IMG/VR virus record: IMGVR_UViG_3300031576_000009
Coordinates: 1-64,000 of that record
Origin: a virus
DNA length: 64,000 nt
Reading direction: 5' to 3' (one strand)
Below the pieces are notes generated by a model, which was not told the origin of the DNA, did not search any database, and worked only from the letters and a program-made list of their open reading frames with translations. This document shows, piece by piece, positions 11,501-19,665 of the stretch. Position 1 is the stretch's first letter, and each line of letters starts with the position of its first letter. The translations under genes were made by a program, and so were the position numbers.

Positions 11501-12944
11501 TGCTTCCGAGGATGCCACCCGCTGCACCGAGCTCGCCGAACACGATCCGCCCGGCCTTGTAGATGAAAATCCACTTGACGACCGTGCCGACGTTTTCGAG
11601 GATGCCGCCGGTCACCAGCTGAATCGTCGCCTTCAGCTCGCTCAGGAAGCCGACGTACTTGAGCAGCGTGGGGAAGCTGGCGAGGAGCGAGTACGCCGAG
11701 GCCTCCAGCTGCACCGAGAACTTCTGCGCCGCCGCTACACCTTCACCGAGAGCGATGTTGATGTTCTGCTGGGCGACCTGCACACGGATCAGGGCGCCGA
11801 AGTAGGTATCGTTCAGCGCCTTCGCGGACTGCCCGGTCGTGAACGCAAACTTCTCCAACAAGGCCAGGTACACCGCGTGGGCCTTCTCGACCTTGGTCAG
11901 CTCGTCGACCTGCTTGCCGAGGCTCTTCACGTACTCCAGCTGTGCGAGCTCAGTGCTGTCCAGCTGGATGCCGACGATCTGCAGGGTCTGCGAGTAGCCG
12001 CGGAACACGTTGTCGATACCGCGAACGACCGTGAAGAAGTCCTGGTCGGTAGCGGTGGCATAGTCGGCGGACGCCTTCACCAGCTCAGCGATCTGCTGCG
12101 CGTTCAGGCGCGTGACGCGCGAGAAGTCGAGGAGGGTGAGGATCGCCTGCGAGACCTGGCGACGAGCAAGACCGGTCGTGGACGCGATCTCGTTCGTGAG
12201 ATCGATAAACCGCTGCGCGTTCTGCGTCTCCCCGGTCGCCTCGTTGTAGCCCTGCACCGCGACCTTGAGACCGAACAGTGAGCGCTCCATCTCGACATAC
12301 TGCTCGGCGAGACGACTGTTCTTCTCCAGCTGCACTTCGGCCGCGTGCACGAGCCGCGCCCCGATCGCCTCGGTGAGTGCGCCGAGGACGGCGATGAGAC
12401 CGGAGACGATCCCGCTGACGCTCAGGAGCGAGGCACCGAACGCGCCGACCGGACCGGGTAGTGCTGCTGTTGCGACGCCGGCCGCGGCAGTAGCCGCGCT
12501 GAAGAGCCCCAGCTTCGTAACGTACTCACGGATGCGGCCGGACATCGCGAAGATGCCCACCTCACCGAGCTCGATCGCTTCAACGAGTTTGTGGAGCGCC
12601 TGCACGCCAACGCGGACGGCGGCTGAGAGGCCCCCACTGCCAGTCGCTACCGCCTTGAAGACGTTGGGGAGCTTCCCGGCGCTGATGAAGACCTTGTCGA
12701 TGATGCCGCGGAGCTTGTCGTAGTTCAGATACGCGACAACGGCAGCACCCGCCGCCCCCGCAACTCCGAGCGCTTTCCCGATCCCACCACTGACAGACGA
12801 AAGAAGGGAACTCGACCGAGCGACTGCCGCCATCTTGTCGATCAGCCGATCGAACGATTTCAACGCCTGGTCGACGTGCGCAAGCAACTGATCGACCGCG
12901 GCGTCGAAATCGAAACTGATCGTTCCGAGGTTATCGGTAGCCAC
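5532..12944 (-). CDS. tape measure protein (2470 aa)
   Basis: very long helical Ala/Leu/Gln-rich protein with Gly-rich hydrophobic blocks; C-terminal ASGG...VAERGKELIAPL motif; follows the tail chaperones. Confidence 0.93.
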   Translation of the reverse strand: MATDNLGTISFDFDAAVDQLLAHVDQALKSFDRLIDKMAAVARSSSLLSSVSGGIGKALGVAGAAGAAVVAYLNYDKLRGIIDKVFISAGKLPNVFKAVATGSGGLSAAVRVGVQALHKLVEAIELGEVGIFAMSGRIREYVTKLGLFSAATAAAGVATAALPGPVGAFGASLLSVSGIVSGLIAVLGALTEAIGARLVHAAEVQLEKNSRLAEQYVEMERSLFGLKVAVQGYNEATGETQNAQRFIDLTNEIASTTGLARRQVSQAILTLLDFSRVTRLNAQQIAELVKASADYATATDQDFFTVVRGIDNVFRGYSQTLQIVGIQLDSTELAQLEYVKSLGKQVDELTKVEKAHAVYLALLEKFAFTTGQSAKALNDTYFGALIRVQVAQQNINIALGEGVAAAQKFSVQLEASAYSLLASFPTLLKYVGFLSELKATIQLVTGGILENVGTVVKWIFIYKAGRIVFGELGAAGGILGSIVTKLGAQFAFLLTPLTFITSRLTLARFGMIGLVAAIGLSLPALARGVAHMLGWGSAADDSAQAAENLGHRQETLGDEFQKATDHIRDQVVDLAKTSIALTEGEEAATRFASAYKLDELFKNAGTDDQRKEIEQLQRALDLVSLSLKDKVVTSLDETRKKFEDQRLVLQKTSVGAKLFNLDLAIMKTSQALVAAESARLTRAVEAMRNQLHALKTIGLAGIFRGFRDEIRRTVEDTKTFVSDMKDTNAELTAEVLEAVGGAENALRAQQIRIRQESNKARQQEGTDTARKLVELNTRLKEIDVARAYLQQQYVESLQQSLPITRRELVNRVQSQRDSLAVERAAVVEQIRAAKSIHDQNDALREQVENRKLSAAQAKTLSDYDSEALTTLKQRTDLARAGLDRQEQDLEAQKSRLDNEQAIHDIDVKINALRVQKLGLDQQDIQNELRYLAVQKREAAAASDQGRVEELDRVIQARQNESAIIGQQISGQRALNKAQADSIDAQTRALDRAQQLKDADLDTQRAINNSQIETLQLSLEEEHSITRRQDIQRQIIALKRRDIELDLQGIQNTIDRLNAEVAIAKAKGHGTDELEFQLQLETKHLDAARARIPALEKELELVREIGLEQAEIGRDLENAFAEFGAETLFDPKNFTDNFDKLGDAFVDTWKNAFKVTFANKLGFEDIVSKNLFEDAGGLVKMFGQAFGLIGDSGKQAFNQELPAAAASGAEKALQAANDTRGGWFDFFGFILDIGKNTFNSLLSIISGVLGVIGKVLGIGGGGTTGGGILGFVGGLLGIGGGGTAAAQTVGTGTGSLVASGLGLGFNLGSSTGLLGRIPGVQALSGFLSGPNGLLGGLSSIVGGVVKAVRFLGNIVGAVGGFAGLTKGSPLDRAFSGTQGVVSAANLGRNFLGSAQAGSAIIIGNHLITASGQIVEIAGPSATFAATTAQTGEAAAGLLANQPTSLLGQLGNILPTISAILAVAGAAYGIAEGARGIARQNKAQNQLFRGDPAAGRNTALASVGLAGGIGAGAAAGVAVGATFGTVALPGIGTVAGALIGAIVGAAVGAAVSTAVNAAVSGATNKAVAETLKTGLKQEDLKKKVREKLTTSWYGILFTVLNPIGALIGELAGSTGGGLPISPQLPNIETIFDKIFGETVQRYVGPKVTINRQLTKYLGQGVVGTARRDSLQAFRQGGALRGDTFLTAQLVSGLIGAGTENEDRLRRFFLILANSLASGKKTIEEVQKELFKIVRGVTSALIPAMRAVNGLFQDGQKHAERTAKQVDLVARAYQKFLPGIDLAALAKQFATPQGGVQIRPFQRALRGDILEQVQAGNLELTKRLDNKIGDPFLGLTRRFNKKFGEFVDVIQLAIDVMASGVKHAVDRFQFALKLKVDLLLKGLPDIDNERLIEIADRTGQFHGRRRRRERGVATIAIEAEASFLNLFDAMKKKFEGRELVFAIEQSQREQKGGLAALTLELDKLPKLHGKKFKEAMQRIPEIIQKVTDATKQWADNVLQLRQQIIDLQHEQFQTNLDLSILIGNLSNTPVAIEKIFQPLLDASQQAVALAQNPADRLDALKNQIGVIQQFYSALIQEVQHAAEIQKKPIQDRLDAIDKENTLLQRQHNELAALAQLHKTVEANLRDLRLSQLTGPQRVASIREEIARERGRFRSLTGNDKAESGQKLADLYNQLLSAGQGPQFAEKFRDTISAIERLRSLPGITVGARQDIENKLFADLDRARTERGDPIFKEVVAGLKEIEKATKGAAAQDEAILKRLETLDTNRNLLLDQLRIIDDDTRKKIEAIQLEEARTLGPLLLAVNQAYTNRINGLQSDLVSLLGPGSDLNRFLTEPGYAQKLLMDKTNEILNQMLKKLGGTPIALASGGLALAPLRALVAERGKELIAPLDDPRTVNLFAPTIQKALASLGVGRGGQAISNSETNTFNPHIEVNVTTKSDIKAAEIVDLTMARLKRSFQLGEHRESFRRARVVNR

Positions 12945-13312
12945 TAGATGAAGCTCCCCTGTCCCGTTTCAATCAACCACTGCTTGTACTCATCGAAGGT
13001 CATCTGCCCGAACGGCTTCGGTGGTCGGATGACTTCATACTCATCTGCGCGACGGCTCTGTCGGCCCTGTGGAGCACCCCTCCCTCTCGACTTCTTGAGT
13101 TCTTCATTCTGCTGATGCGCGCGGAGGGCCGAAGCAGCGGCCAGGATCATCAGCTGGCCGTTACTGTACCGATCGATTAGCTCTGCGGGATGGGTTCCCC
13201 AGAACTCGGCAAGTCCGACAAGGAGACTGGACTGCCATCGGCCAGCTTTCTGAGGAGTTCTGCTGTTTGGAACAGCAGATGTGATACGAGCCGCCACTGA
13301 TGCAGCAAAAAA
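12944..13312 (-). CDS. tail assembly chaperone GT, C-terminal (-1 frame) portion
   Basis: -1 frame ORF overlapping chaperone G, entered at slippery T TTT TTG (13306..13312); ends at the tape measure start. Confidence 0.7.
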   Translation of the reverse strand, partial: FFAASVAARITSAVPNSRTPQKAGRWQSSLLVGLAEFWGTHPAELIDRYSNGQLMILAAASALRAHQQNEELKKSRGRGAPQGRQSRRADEYEVIRPPKPFGQMTFDEYKQWLIETGQGSFI

Positions 13313-13701
13313 TCGTCTTCTCGATTCAGCTCGACCTGGGTCATGACCGCGAGCTTGATCTGCCCGACCGCCATGGTCGTCTCGATCAGGTCGCGCGACA
13401 CGTCGGACCACGCGTAGTGGTCACCGAGCATCACGAGCGCATCAGTGTAGGCGTCACCCAGAATCTCCTCGATCCGTCCGAGCTTCACCTGCGCATTCTG
13501 CTTCTGCGCCTTCTCGTTCTCCTCCCTGACCTGCTGGATCATGGTCAGTGCACCGTTCACGTACGATGCGAGCTTCGTGGCCGGACGCTTCGGCAAGACC
13601 TTGACGTTCCGTTTCTTGCCGCAGACGTAAACCGGCCGCTCTTCGAGGCCGAAGAGGACCTTCTCTTCGGCCTCGGTCAACTGTTGCTCGTTCTCACTCA
13701 T
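13177..13701 (-). CDS. tail assembly chaperone G
   Basis: AGGAGG RBS, ATG at 13701 (MSENEQQ); lies between tail tube and tape measure. Confidence 0.8.
   Translation of the reverse strand: MSENEQQLTEAEEKVLFGLEERPVYVCGKKRNVKVLPKRPATKLASYVNGALTMIQQVREENEKAQKQNAQVKLGRIEEILGDAYTDALVMLGDHYAWSDVSRDLIETTMAVGQIKLAVMTQVELNREDDFLLHQWRLVSHLLFQTAELLRKLADGSPVSLSDLPSSGEPIPQS
13306..13312 (-). promoter_or_regulatory. programmed -1 frameshift slippery heptamer T TTT TTG
   Basis: X XXY YYZ pattern in frame with G (GAT TTT TTG); the -1 frame is open to 12944. Confidence 0.7.
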
Positions 13702-13748
13702 CTCTGCCCTCCTGGTTCCATCCAGTAGGCGAACCATTCGCTACTGGG

Positions 13749-14618
13749 TTACTGCTTCGGGAAGAAAAAGCGCTCTCCCACGACCAACTCAGCACTCGGG
13801 GTGCCGTAGAGCGCAGCAGCCACGGTGTACCCGAACAGGTTCCACTGGGTCGCGATCTGCGCTGCCGCGTCGGGACGAATCTGCTCGGTCCAGTCGCCGG
13901 CCGGAACCGCCTTCTGGAAGTCGTGCAGGACCTGCACGCCGTCGATGAAGTCGGCGACGCCGATGACGTGGAACGTGGGCAACTGCTTGGTGCCGAAGGG
14001 AATCCGGCTCATCGTCACCTTGGCGATCTTGTCGCTGGTGGTGAGGTTGCTGATGAAGCCGGGTGAGGTGAAGCTCAGCCAGCCGGGGGTCTCACCCGCG
14101 GCCGTGCCGATGCCGAAAATCTCACCCTCGTTGTCGCCACGGGTGAGATCGGTTGCGTTGATGCCGGCGGTGAGCCAGTCACCAATCACGAAGGAGGCAG
14201 CAGCGATGGTGCCGACGAACACCCTAGTCTTCGCGTTGTCGATCGAGGTGATCACGACCGCATTGCCGAAGGACCCGATGATCGTCTTGACCTGCTTCAC
14301 GCCTGCAGCCGAGAAGCGCGCCAGACGGTTCGCGTTGCTGTAGAACGTCACGCTGAAGGTGCCATCGATGCCGCGGATCGCCTCGTACTGCCGTACACGC
14401 GGGATGCCCGTCTGGAGCGTGTACTTCTCACGAGTCGTCTGCAGCTGTGGGGTGTCCTCGACCACGCACCCGGCGTAGAAGAAGCCGGCTGGCGGGGACG
14501 ATACGTCCACGCGCGTGGGCGAGAACGTGATGCCGGAGTCCGCGATCAGCAATCCTTCGATTGCAAGCGAGGTCTCCCGGACATGGATCAGGTTCTCTGC
14601 GGTACTCTGAATCGGCAT
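13749..14618 (-). CDS. major tail tube protein
   Basis: 289 aa beta-rich protein between tail terminator and chaperones. Confidence 0.75.
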   Translation of the reverse strand: MPIQSTAENLIHVRETSLAIEGLLIADSGITFSPTRVDVSSPPAGFFYAGCVVEDTPQLQTTREKYTLQTGIPRVRQYEAIRGIDGTFSVTFYSNANRLARFSAAGVKQVKTIIGSFGNAVVITSIDNAKTRVFVGTIAAASFVIGDWLTAGINATDLTRGDNEGEIFGIGTAAGETPGWLSFTSPGFISNLTTSDKIAKVTMSRIPFGTKQLPTFHVIGVADFIDGVQVLHDFQKAVPAGDWTEQIRPDAAAQIATQWNLFGYTVAAALYGTPSAELVVGERFFFPKQ

Positions 14619-14692
14619 GCCTGTTCTCCGTCAATCACGCCAGGACACGACCCTTAGCGCTCGAATTGAAAGATACGCGAGCGTTCCGTCGC

Positions 14693-15091
14693 TCACGGGG
14701 TTGGGTTCAAGTACACCGCGAAGTTCAGCGGGAAGACACGATTCTGATTCGCGTCTCGGTACATTGGCCCCGGAACGTGATCGGATACGAGTCGTGCCCT
14801 CACCGTCGTGAGGACGAGTACCTTCCCATCGAGGTAGTTCCAGAGTTGCTGCGCGAGCGTCATGCCAGGTTTGTAGTCACGTTCGCGCACCAGCAACTGG
14901 AGTGACAGACGGAGAACCGGTTCACTGGGGTCGGGCGTCGCGGAGTTCCCACCAGTCAGGATCACACCGATCGCACTGATGGGGCTGGCCGGGAGCTCAC
15001 CCTTGAAAATCGTCTTCTGTACCACACCATACTGCTTCGATGCGAGATGTACGGCGATCTCATCGAGCACAGTGATGGGATTGTACGACAA
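14693..15091 (-). CDS. tail terminator / tail completion protein (Minor_capsid_3-like)
   Basis: IFKGELP...TGG...LQLLVR...DANQNRVFPLNF pattern; GAGGAGG RBS + TTG start. Confidence 0.7.
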   Translation of the reverse strand: MSYNPITVLDEIAVHLASKQYGVVQKTIFKGELPASPISAIGVILTGGNSATPDPSEPVLRLSLQLLVRERDYKPGMTLAQQLWNYLDGKVLVLTTVRARLVSDHVPGPMYRDANQNRVFPLNFAVYLNPTP

Positions 15092-15092
15092 C

Positions 15093-15410
15093 CTACGATT
15101 CCTCCTCTAGTACCACCGTGGGGTCCGCCAGCTCCTCCAGCTTGCCACGCCGGATCAGCTGCACGAGCGCCATCGGCTCTTCAGGAGTACCAGTCTGCAG
15201 CTCACGAGCACGGACTTCGCTCACCCCAGCAGGCCAATCCGCGAGGAGGTCCTGCGCTTGCACGTCAGGAAGGCGTCGTTTTTCGATGATCTCGACGTAC
15301 ACGATGTTCCCGTGCTCGAATCGAATCGTGATCTCACCGTAGAAGTTCTCGTACGCAAAGTCGCTGATGAGCTTCCGCAACCTCCGCAGCTGTGAAGCGC
15401 GCTCAATCAC
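15093..15410 (-). CDS. hypothetical protein with DUF2292/YezD-like segment
   Basis: YGEITIRFEHGNIVYVEIIEKRRL; GTGA overlap with the upstream stop. Confidence 0.55.
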   Translation of the reverse strand: MIERASQLRRLRKLISDFAYENFYGEITIRFEHGNIVYVEIIEKRRLPDVQAQDLLADWPAGVSEVRARELQTGTPEEPMALVQLIRRGKLEELADPTVVLEEES

Positions 15411-18400
15411 AGAATCGCTTCTCCGATCCGATGGACAGTCAGCTGCTTGGCAAGCTCCTCCGCCTGCTTCACTGCCCATTCATTATACTCGTCCTTGGTT
15501 GAGAACCAACGCCTGGCGAGCTGTGGAGTGCTCTCCAAACCGCCGAAGGCACCACCGAGGGCCAGGGCGATCTCGAACGGGCACTGCAGGAGCTTGTCGT
15601 CGAACGGCGAGAGCCCGGCGGTGGAGATGATCTTCAGGGCCTCCTGATAGAAGGTCCAGCTGTACGCCCACCACCGACGCCGATACGAATCGTACTCGAA
15701 CGCTCTGAACACCGACCAGTAGATGTCGACTACCGTGCGGAAGTACATGAGCGCAGTGTCGTTCAGCTTCCCGCCGTTCGCGGCCAGATAGTACTGCCCG
15801 ATGTGGATGTAGTCCCGCTGCAGGAAGATCATGCCAACGTAGCGAGCCGGATACTTCTTCCGGTCGAGCGCGAGCAGTGGCAGGTTTCGCTTCACGCACT
15901 TCTCGCGGCGGATGGCCTCCGTCGGGTAGCCATGATGCTCGTACTCCACGTCCGGGAGCGTCAGCATCGGCTCCAATGGGCAGTTGATCTCGTGCTCGGG
16001 ATGCTCGTGAATCGAGCCGAAGAAGCGCACCGTGCCGTCGTTGCGGAACAACCGCACCGGATTGTCGGCTTGGTTATGCATGTCCAGCATCATGTGGACC
16101 TGCTTCAGGATGTAGCCGGGGAAGAGCACGCCGTGCGTGTACTTTCTGAGCGCATGGCCGTTCACTAGGCGCTCGTCCGCGTCCTGCCACATATCCCAGT
16201 CCCGATCGCCCGCGTGTGCGAGGGCCTGGTTGCGCGCCCAGTCGAAGCCCTCGTCGTCTCGCCACTCGCCACGAACGATCTTCACCTTCGGCATGAAGCG
16301 GTGCGCGGTGAGCGACTCGGCCAGCTCGACCGTGCGATCCTTCGAGCCGGTGTCGTAGATCACCAGCGTGTCGACGATCGGAAGGATCGGCTTGATGCAC
16401 CCGAGGATGTTGTCCTCCTCGTTCTTCACGATCACCGAGCAGGCGATCTTCTGGTACGGGCGACAGGTCTTCACCTTGTGCTCGTAGTCGATCTCGCCGA
16501 TCCCGCGCTTCGGATCGTTCACCCAGACCACGGTCCAGTTGCCGCAGAGCTCGCCACCGTGTGGGCTCACGTTGCCTGAGCCCGCGCCGGTCATGAACTC
16601 GAAGCCGAATTTCTTCTTTTCGCCGAAGAGATCGTACAGATCGCGCGCTATGAAGTGGTGCACATGCTCGCGGATGTACGCCTTCCTCTCCTCATGAAAG
16701 CTGATCGCCTCCCACGGACCGTAGGGTACGGTGAGGATGATCTTCCCGCCCGGCTTGCAGACCCGCTCCAGCTGGTCGACGAAGCCCTCCGTCTCGATGA
16801 TGTGTTCGAGCGTCTCGCAGCACGTCACCACGTCGTACTGCTCGGTCACGTCCTGTACACGCATGTTCCTCAGGATGAGCTGGCCCGGACGCTTCAGGTA
16901 CTTGGCAGCAAAGTCGCGCGCCTTGCGGATCAGGTCCTCGGACGAGTCGATGCCGGTCATGACCAGGTCGTCGCGCATCTTCTCGATCCAGGCGAAGAGC
17001 ATCCCGATGTTGCAGCCCACGTCGAGGAGCGTCTTGGCATCCTCAGGAACCTGCTTCGCGACGATCTCGAAGCGAGTGATCTGCTCCCACTGCTCGCCGA
17101 TCTGCTCGTCTTCCTTGAGCGAGTACCGCTCGGGCTCGGTGTAGGCGTTCTTCAGCAGCGTGTCGGTGAGCTCCAGCTCCTCGGCGAGCTCTTCTGGGTA
17201 CTCATGCGCGAGCTTGTTCGCAACGACGAGATCACTGTCGTAGATCAGCTTCTCGCAGATACGCTTCCGCTTGACGACGAACCGCTCCTCGAAGAACGCA
17301 TGGAAGAACTGATCCCACTCCTCCGCGACCTCGCGCCAGTCGAGTTGGGCCGCGCGCTCGTAGCCCCTCTTCTGCATCGCCTTGAACGCGCCGTCGTCGT
17401 GGACAATCTCCAACGTCTGCTTGATGAACTCCTCACGGTACTCGGCATCACGTGGACGACTGGGGATCAACCGAGCAGCATCCAGGCAGGTCTCCGGCAG
17501 TGCGAAGCCGTCAGTCGTGATCACCGGAGCACCGCACGCCATCGCCTCCACGACGGAGATGCAATTGTGTACCACCACACCGTTCACGATGAAGTTGTGA
17601 TCCGGCTCCACCTCCATACAATACACGTCTGCCGGCTCAGCAACATCGACTCCGACTACGACATGATTCGACGCGACACGTTTTTCCCAACGAGCACGGA
17701 CGCGGTCGCCAATCTGCAACTTTCCCGCTGGGCAGTACGTGCCGTTTCGGAGCATAACTTCATGGTCAGGCGTCAGCGTGAGCGTAACCTCTTTGCGTGT
17801 GTTGCATAGCCGTGCCTTGCCAGGACGCAGACGCAAGGTGATAACAGGCGCCTGCCGGCGTGTGCACACGATACGCTTCGCGCGCGAGACACCAAGTGTT
17901 CCATCAGGCCGACACGAGTAAATCTCGACTTCTCGCTCACCAACCATCGAATCGATCCGACGAGGACCTGCGAGAGTCTCGACAATAGTATCGCCGCGAA
18001 CAGGCGAAATCTCGGCGAAGTGGCACGGGTAGATCAGTGCCCTGGCCGATGCGAGCTCCTTGTACAGCTTCGCCTTGGTGAGCGCACCGAGGATGTGGAC
18101 GTTCTTCGACTCGGCCACAAGCTGATCGATGTAGGAGTAGAACTCCAACATGTGCTGCGGCATCTCCAGCCCGGTCATGTTGTACGTGCACAGGTGGAGT
18201 TCGAGATCGGGGTCCTGTTCGATGAGCTGCGGCCAGATGTCCTGCAGCAGGCCCTGCAGCCCACGCTCGGGGCGCGAGATGTAGATCAGCTTCTTCTTCT
18301 CGCGCCTGATCCCAACCGTCTCACTGCGGATCAGCTTGTTGTCGATCCCGTTCCGGCTGATGTACAGCAACGGATTGAGCCAGCCCTCGGGCAGTCCATC

Positions 18401-18820
18401 GCGGGCCTTGCCATACTGCTGAGCCTGGAACTGCGACTGGACGATGACCTTGTCCACGTTCCACAGGTACCGCACCAGGTCGTCGATCTTCTGAGGCGGC
18501 ATATCGTGGCACCAGAGCACGTTCATGTTCGAGTGGAACTTGGTGCACAGCTGCGGTGCCGACCGATTCGAGATCAGCACGTCGAACAGCATGGTCGCGG
18601 CCATCGGTCCCCACTGCGAGTGATCGTAGTAGGCGACGCCGTGTGCCTTCCCGTACTTGTCCCGTGCCTTGCAGCAGACCTTCACCTCGTGGCCCAGGTC
18701 GGCCAGGTGCCGCGCCATGTAGTAGAGCGCGGTCTCCGAGCCGCCCAACGACTGCTCACGAATGTCGGTCGTGCCCGACCACTCCAACCCTACGTCGAAG
18801 AAGCCTACTGTGAGCCTCAT
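15407..18820 (-). CDS. multidomain glycosyltransferase: GT4 (intein-containing) + class I SAM methyltransferase + GT2
   Basis: LGGSET and EIS|CISVVEAMACGAPVI (GT4); LDVGCNIG...CETLEH...KPGG (MTase); IVKNEE...DTGSKD...ARN...DADE (GT2). Confidence 0.9.
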   Translation of the reverse strand: MRLTVGFFDVGLEWSGTTDIREQSLGGSETALYYMARHLADLGHEVKVCCKARDKYGKAHGVAYYDHSQWGPMAATMLFDVLISNRSAPQLCTKFHSNMNVLWCHDMPPQKIDDLVRYLWNVDKVIVQSQFQAQQYGKARDGLPEGWLNPLLYISRNGIDNKLIRSETVGIRREKKKLIYISRPERGLQGLLQDIWPQLIEQDPDLELHLCTYNMTGLEMPQHMLEFYSYIDQLVAESKNVHILGALTKAKLYKELASARALIYPCHFAEISPVRGDTIVETLAGPRRIDSMVGEREVEIYSCRPDGTLGVSRAKRIVCTRRQAPVITLRLRPGKARLCNTRKEVTLTLTPDHEVMLRNGTYCPAGKLQIGDRVRARWEKRVASNHVVVGVDVAEPADVYCMEVEPDHNFIVNGVVVHNCISVVEAMACGAPVITTDGFALPETCLDAARLIPSRPRDAEYREEFIKQTLEIVHDDGAFKAMQKRGYERAAQLDWREVAEEWDQFFHAFFEERFVVKRKRICEKLIYDSDLVVANKLAHEYPEELAEELELTDTLLKNAYTEPERYSLKEDEQIGEQWEQITRFEIVAKQVPEDAKTLLDVGCNIGMLFAWIEKMRDDLVMTGIDSSEDLIRKARDFAAKYLKRPGQLILRNMRVQDVTEQYDVVTCCETLEHIIETEGFVDQLERVCKPGGKIILTVPYGPWEAISFHEERKAYIREHVHHFIARDLYDLFGEKKKFGFEFMTGAGSGNVSPHGGELCGNWTVVWVNDPKRGIGEIDYEHKVKTCRPYQKIACSVIVKNEEDNILGCIKPILPIVDTLVIYDTGSKDRTVELAESLTAHRFMPKVKIVRGEWRDDEGFDWARNQALAHAGDRDWDMWQDADERLVNGHALRKYTHGVLFPGYILKQVHMMLDMHNQADNPVRLFRNDGTVRFFGSIHEHPEHEINCPLEPMLTLPDVEYEHHGYPTEAIRREKCVKRNLPLLALDRKKYPARYVGMIFLQRDYIHIGQYYLAANGGKLNDTALMYFRTVVDIYWSVFRAFEYDSYRRRWWAYSWTFYQEALKIISTAGLSPFDDKLLQCPFEIALALGGAFGGLESTPQLARRWFSTKDEYNEWAVKQAEELAKQLTVHRIGEAIL
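17564..18004 (-). mobile_element. mini-intein (147 aa) starting with Pro and with Cys at block F4 (class-3-like)
   Basis: PVRGDTIVET... LTPDH ... VYCMEV ... NGVVVHN|C; removal restores the GT4 motif EISCISVVEAM. Confidence 0.88.
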
Positions 18821-19197
18821 GCTGCCATCGCCTCCTTCAAATATCTGATCGCTCGACGCATCAGTTTTGGGTTATCACCAAATACGCCGATGGCGACGTT
18901 GCAAGGGTGACAGAGTAGGCCCCGAACTTTATTAGTTAGATGACAGTGATCGACGAGCAATAGACCGCTGTAGTGGCCACGTGGCTTACCGCGGCAAATT
19001 TTGCATCGTCCATTTTGATCACGTACCATCACCAAGTACTGCTCCAGCGTTATGCCGTACTTTGTCCTCAGCCCTCGATCCCTCCGTTGATCTTTCGGAA
19101 GGTTTCGGTACCATTCGGCCATCGAGCGTAAGCAACGCTTCCGGTGTTTGTAGTAGTACTTCAACGCTCTCCGTCGAGCCTTCGACTTCGAATCCAT
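18817..19197 (-). CDS. endonuclease VII family (His-Me finger) free-standing endonuclease
   Basis: KYGIT...QNGRCKIC...VDHCH...VRGLLCHPCN...G; visibly more AT-rich than neighbours. Confidence 0.9.
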   Translation of the reverse strand: MDSKSKARRRALKYYYKHRKRCLRSMAEWYRNLPKDQRRDRGLRTKYGITLEQYLVMVRDQNGRCKICRGKPRGHYSGLLLVDHCHLTNKVRGLLCHPCNVAIGVFGDNPKLMRRAIRYLKEAMAA

Positions 19198-19203
19198 CGA
19201 TCG

Positions 19204-19665
19204 CTATCTCCTCAGTCCCCGTACCGCCCCGGACGCGTACAGTTTTCGGATTTCCTGCTTCACCCGCGCGCCCAAGAGCTTCCGCATGTCCTCGCGATGG
19301 TACGTAACGACGCGTGTGATGTACTTGTTTCCAACTCCCCCTTCAGGCTGCCCCGGCTGTTGCCGCGAAATCGGACCAAGATTGAACGTCTCCTCGTGCA
19401 CCCGCAGCGAGTAAATCTTGTCCGATCCGATCCTGACCGTTGCGCGCGAAGTGCCGCGAACCGATGGACCGCGCACATATAGACTCTCGCGCAACGCCCC
19501 CGTCAGGATGGGCGTGTTGACCTTGATCCGTTCGAGCAAGAAGCCCTGCGCGTACGTGTAGATTTGCAGCCCGATGAACTGCGTGATGCCCTTGCGCAGT
19601 ACGAGCATCCCGGCTTTCGCTTCCCGAAGGCCACGCATCGTCACCTTCACGTCGATGCCGGCCAT
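19204..19665 (-). CDS. neck / tail completion protein (HK97 gp10-like)
   Basis: TPILTGALRES...YSLRVHE...KY motif; ATG at 19665 by TGATG overlap. Confidence 0.75.
   Translation of the reverse strand: MAGIDVKVTMRGLREAKAGMLVLRKGITQFIGLQIYTYAQGFLLERIKVNTPILTGALRESLYVRGPSVRGTSRATVRIGSDKIYSLRVHEETFNLGPISRQQPGQPEGGVGNKYITRVVTYHREDMRKLLGARVKQEIRKLYASGAVRGLRR

Noticed and set aside
14619-14692. Hairpin CGCTCG...CGAGCG upstream of the tail tube gene
   Set aside because: Short stem with no U-tract; insufficient evidence for a terminator or promoter.
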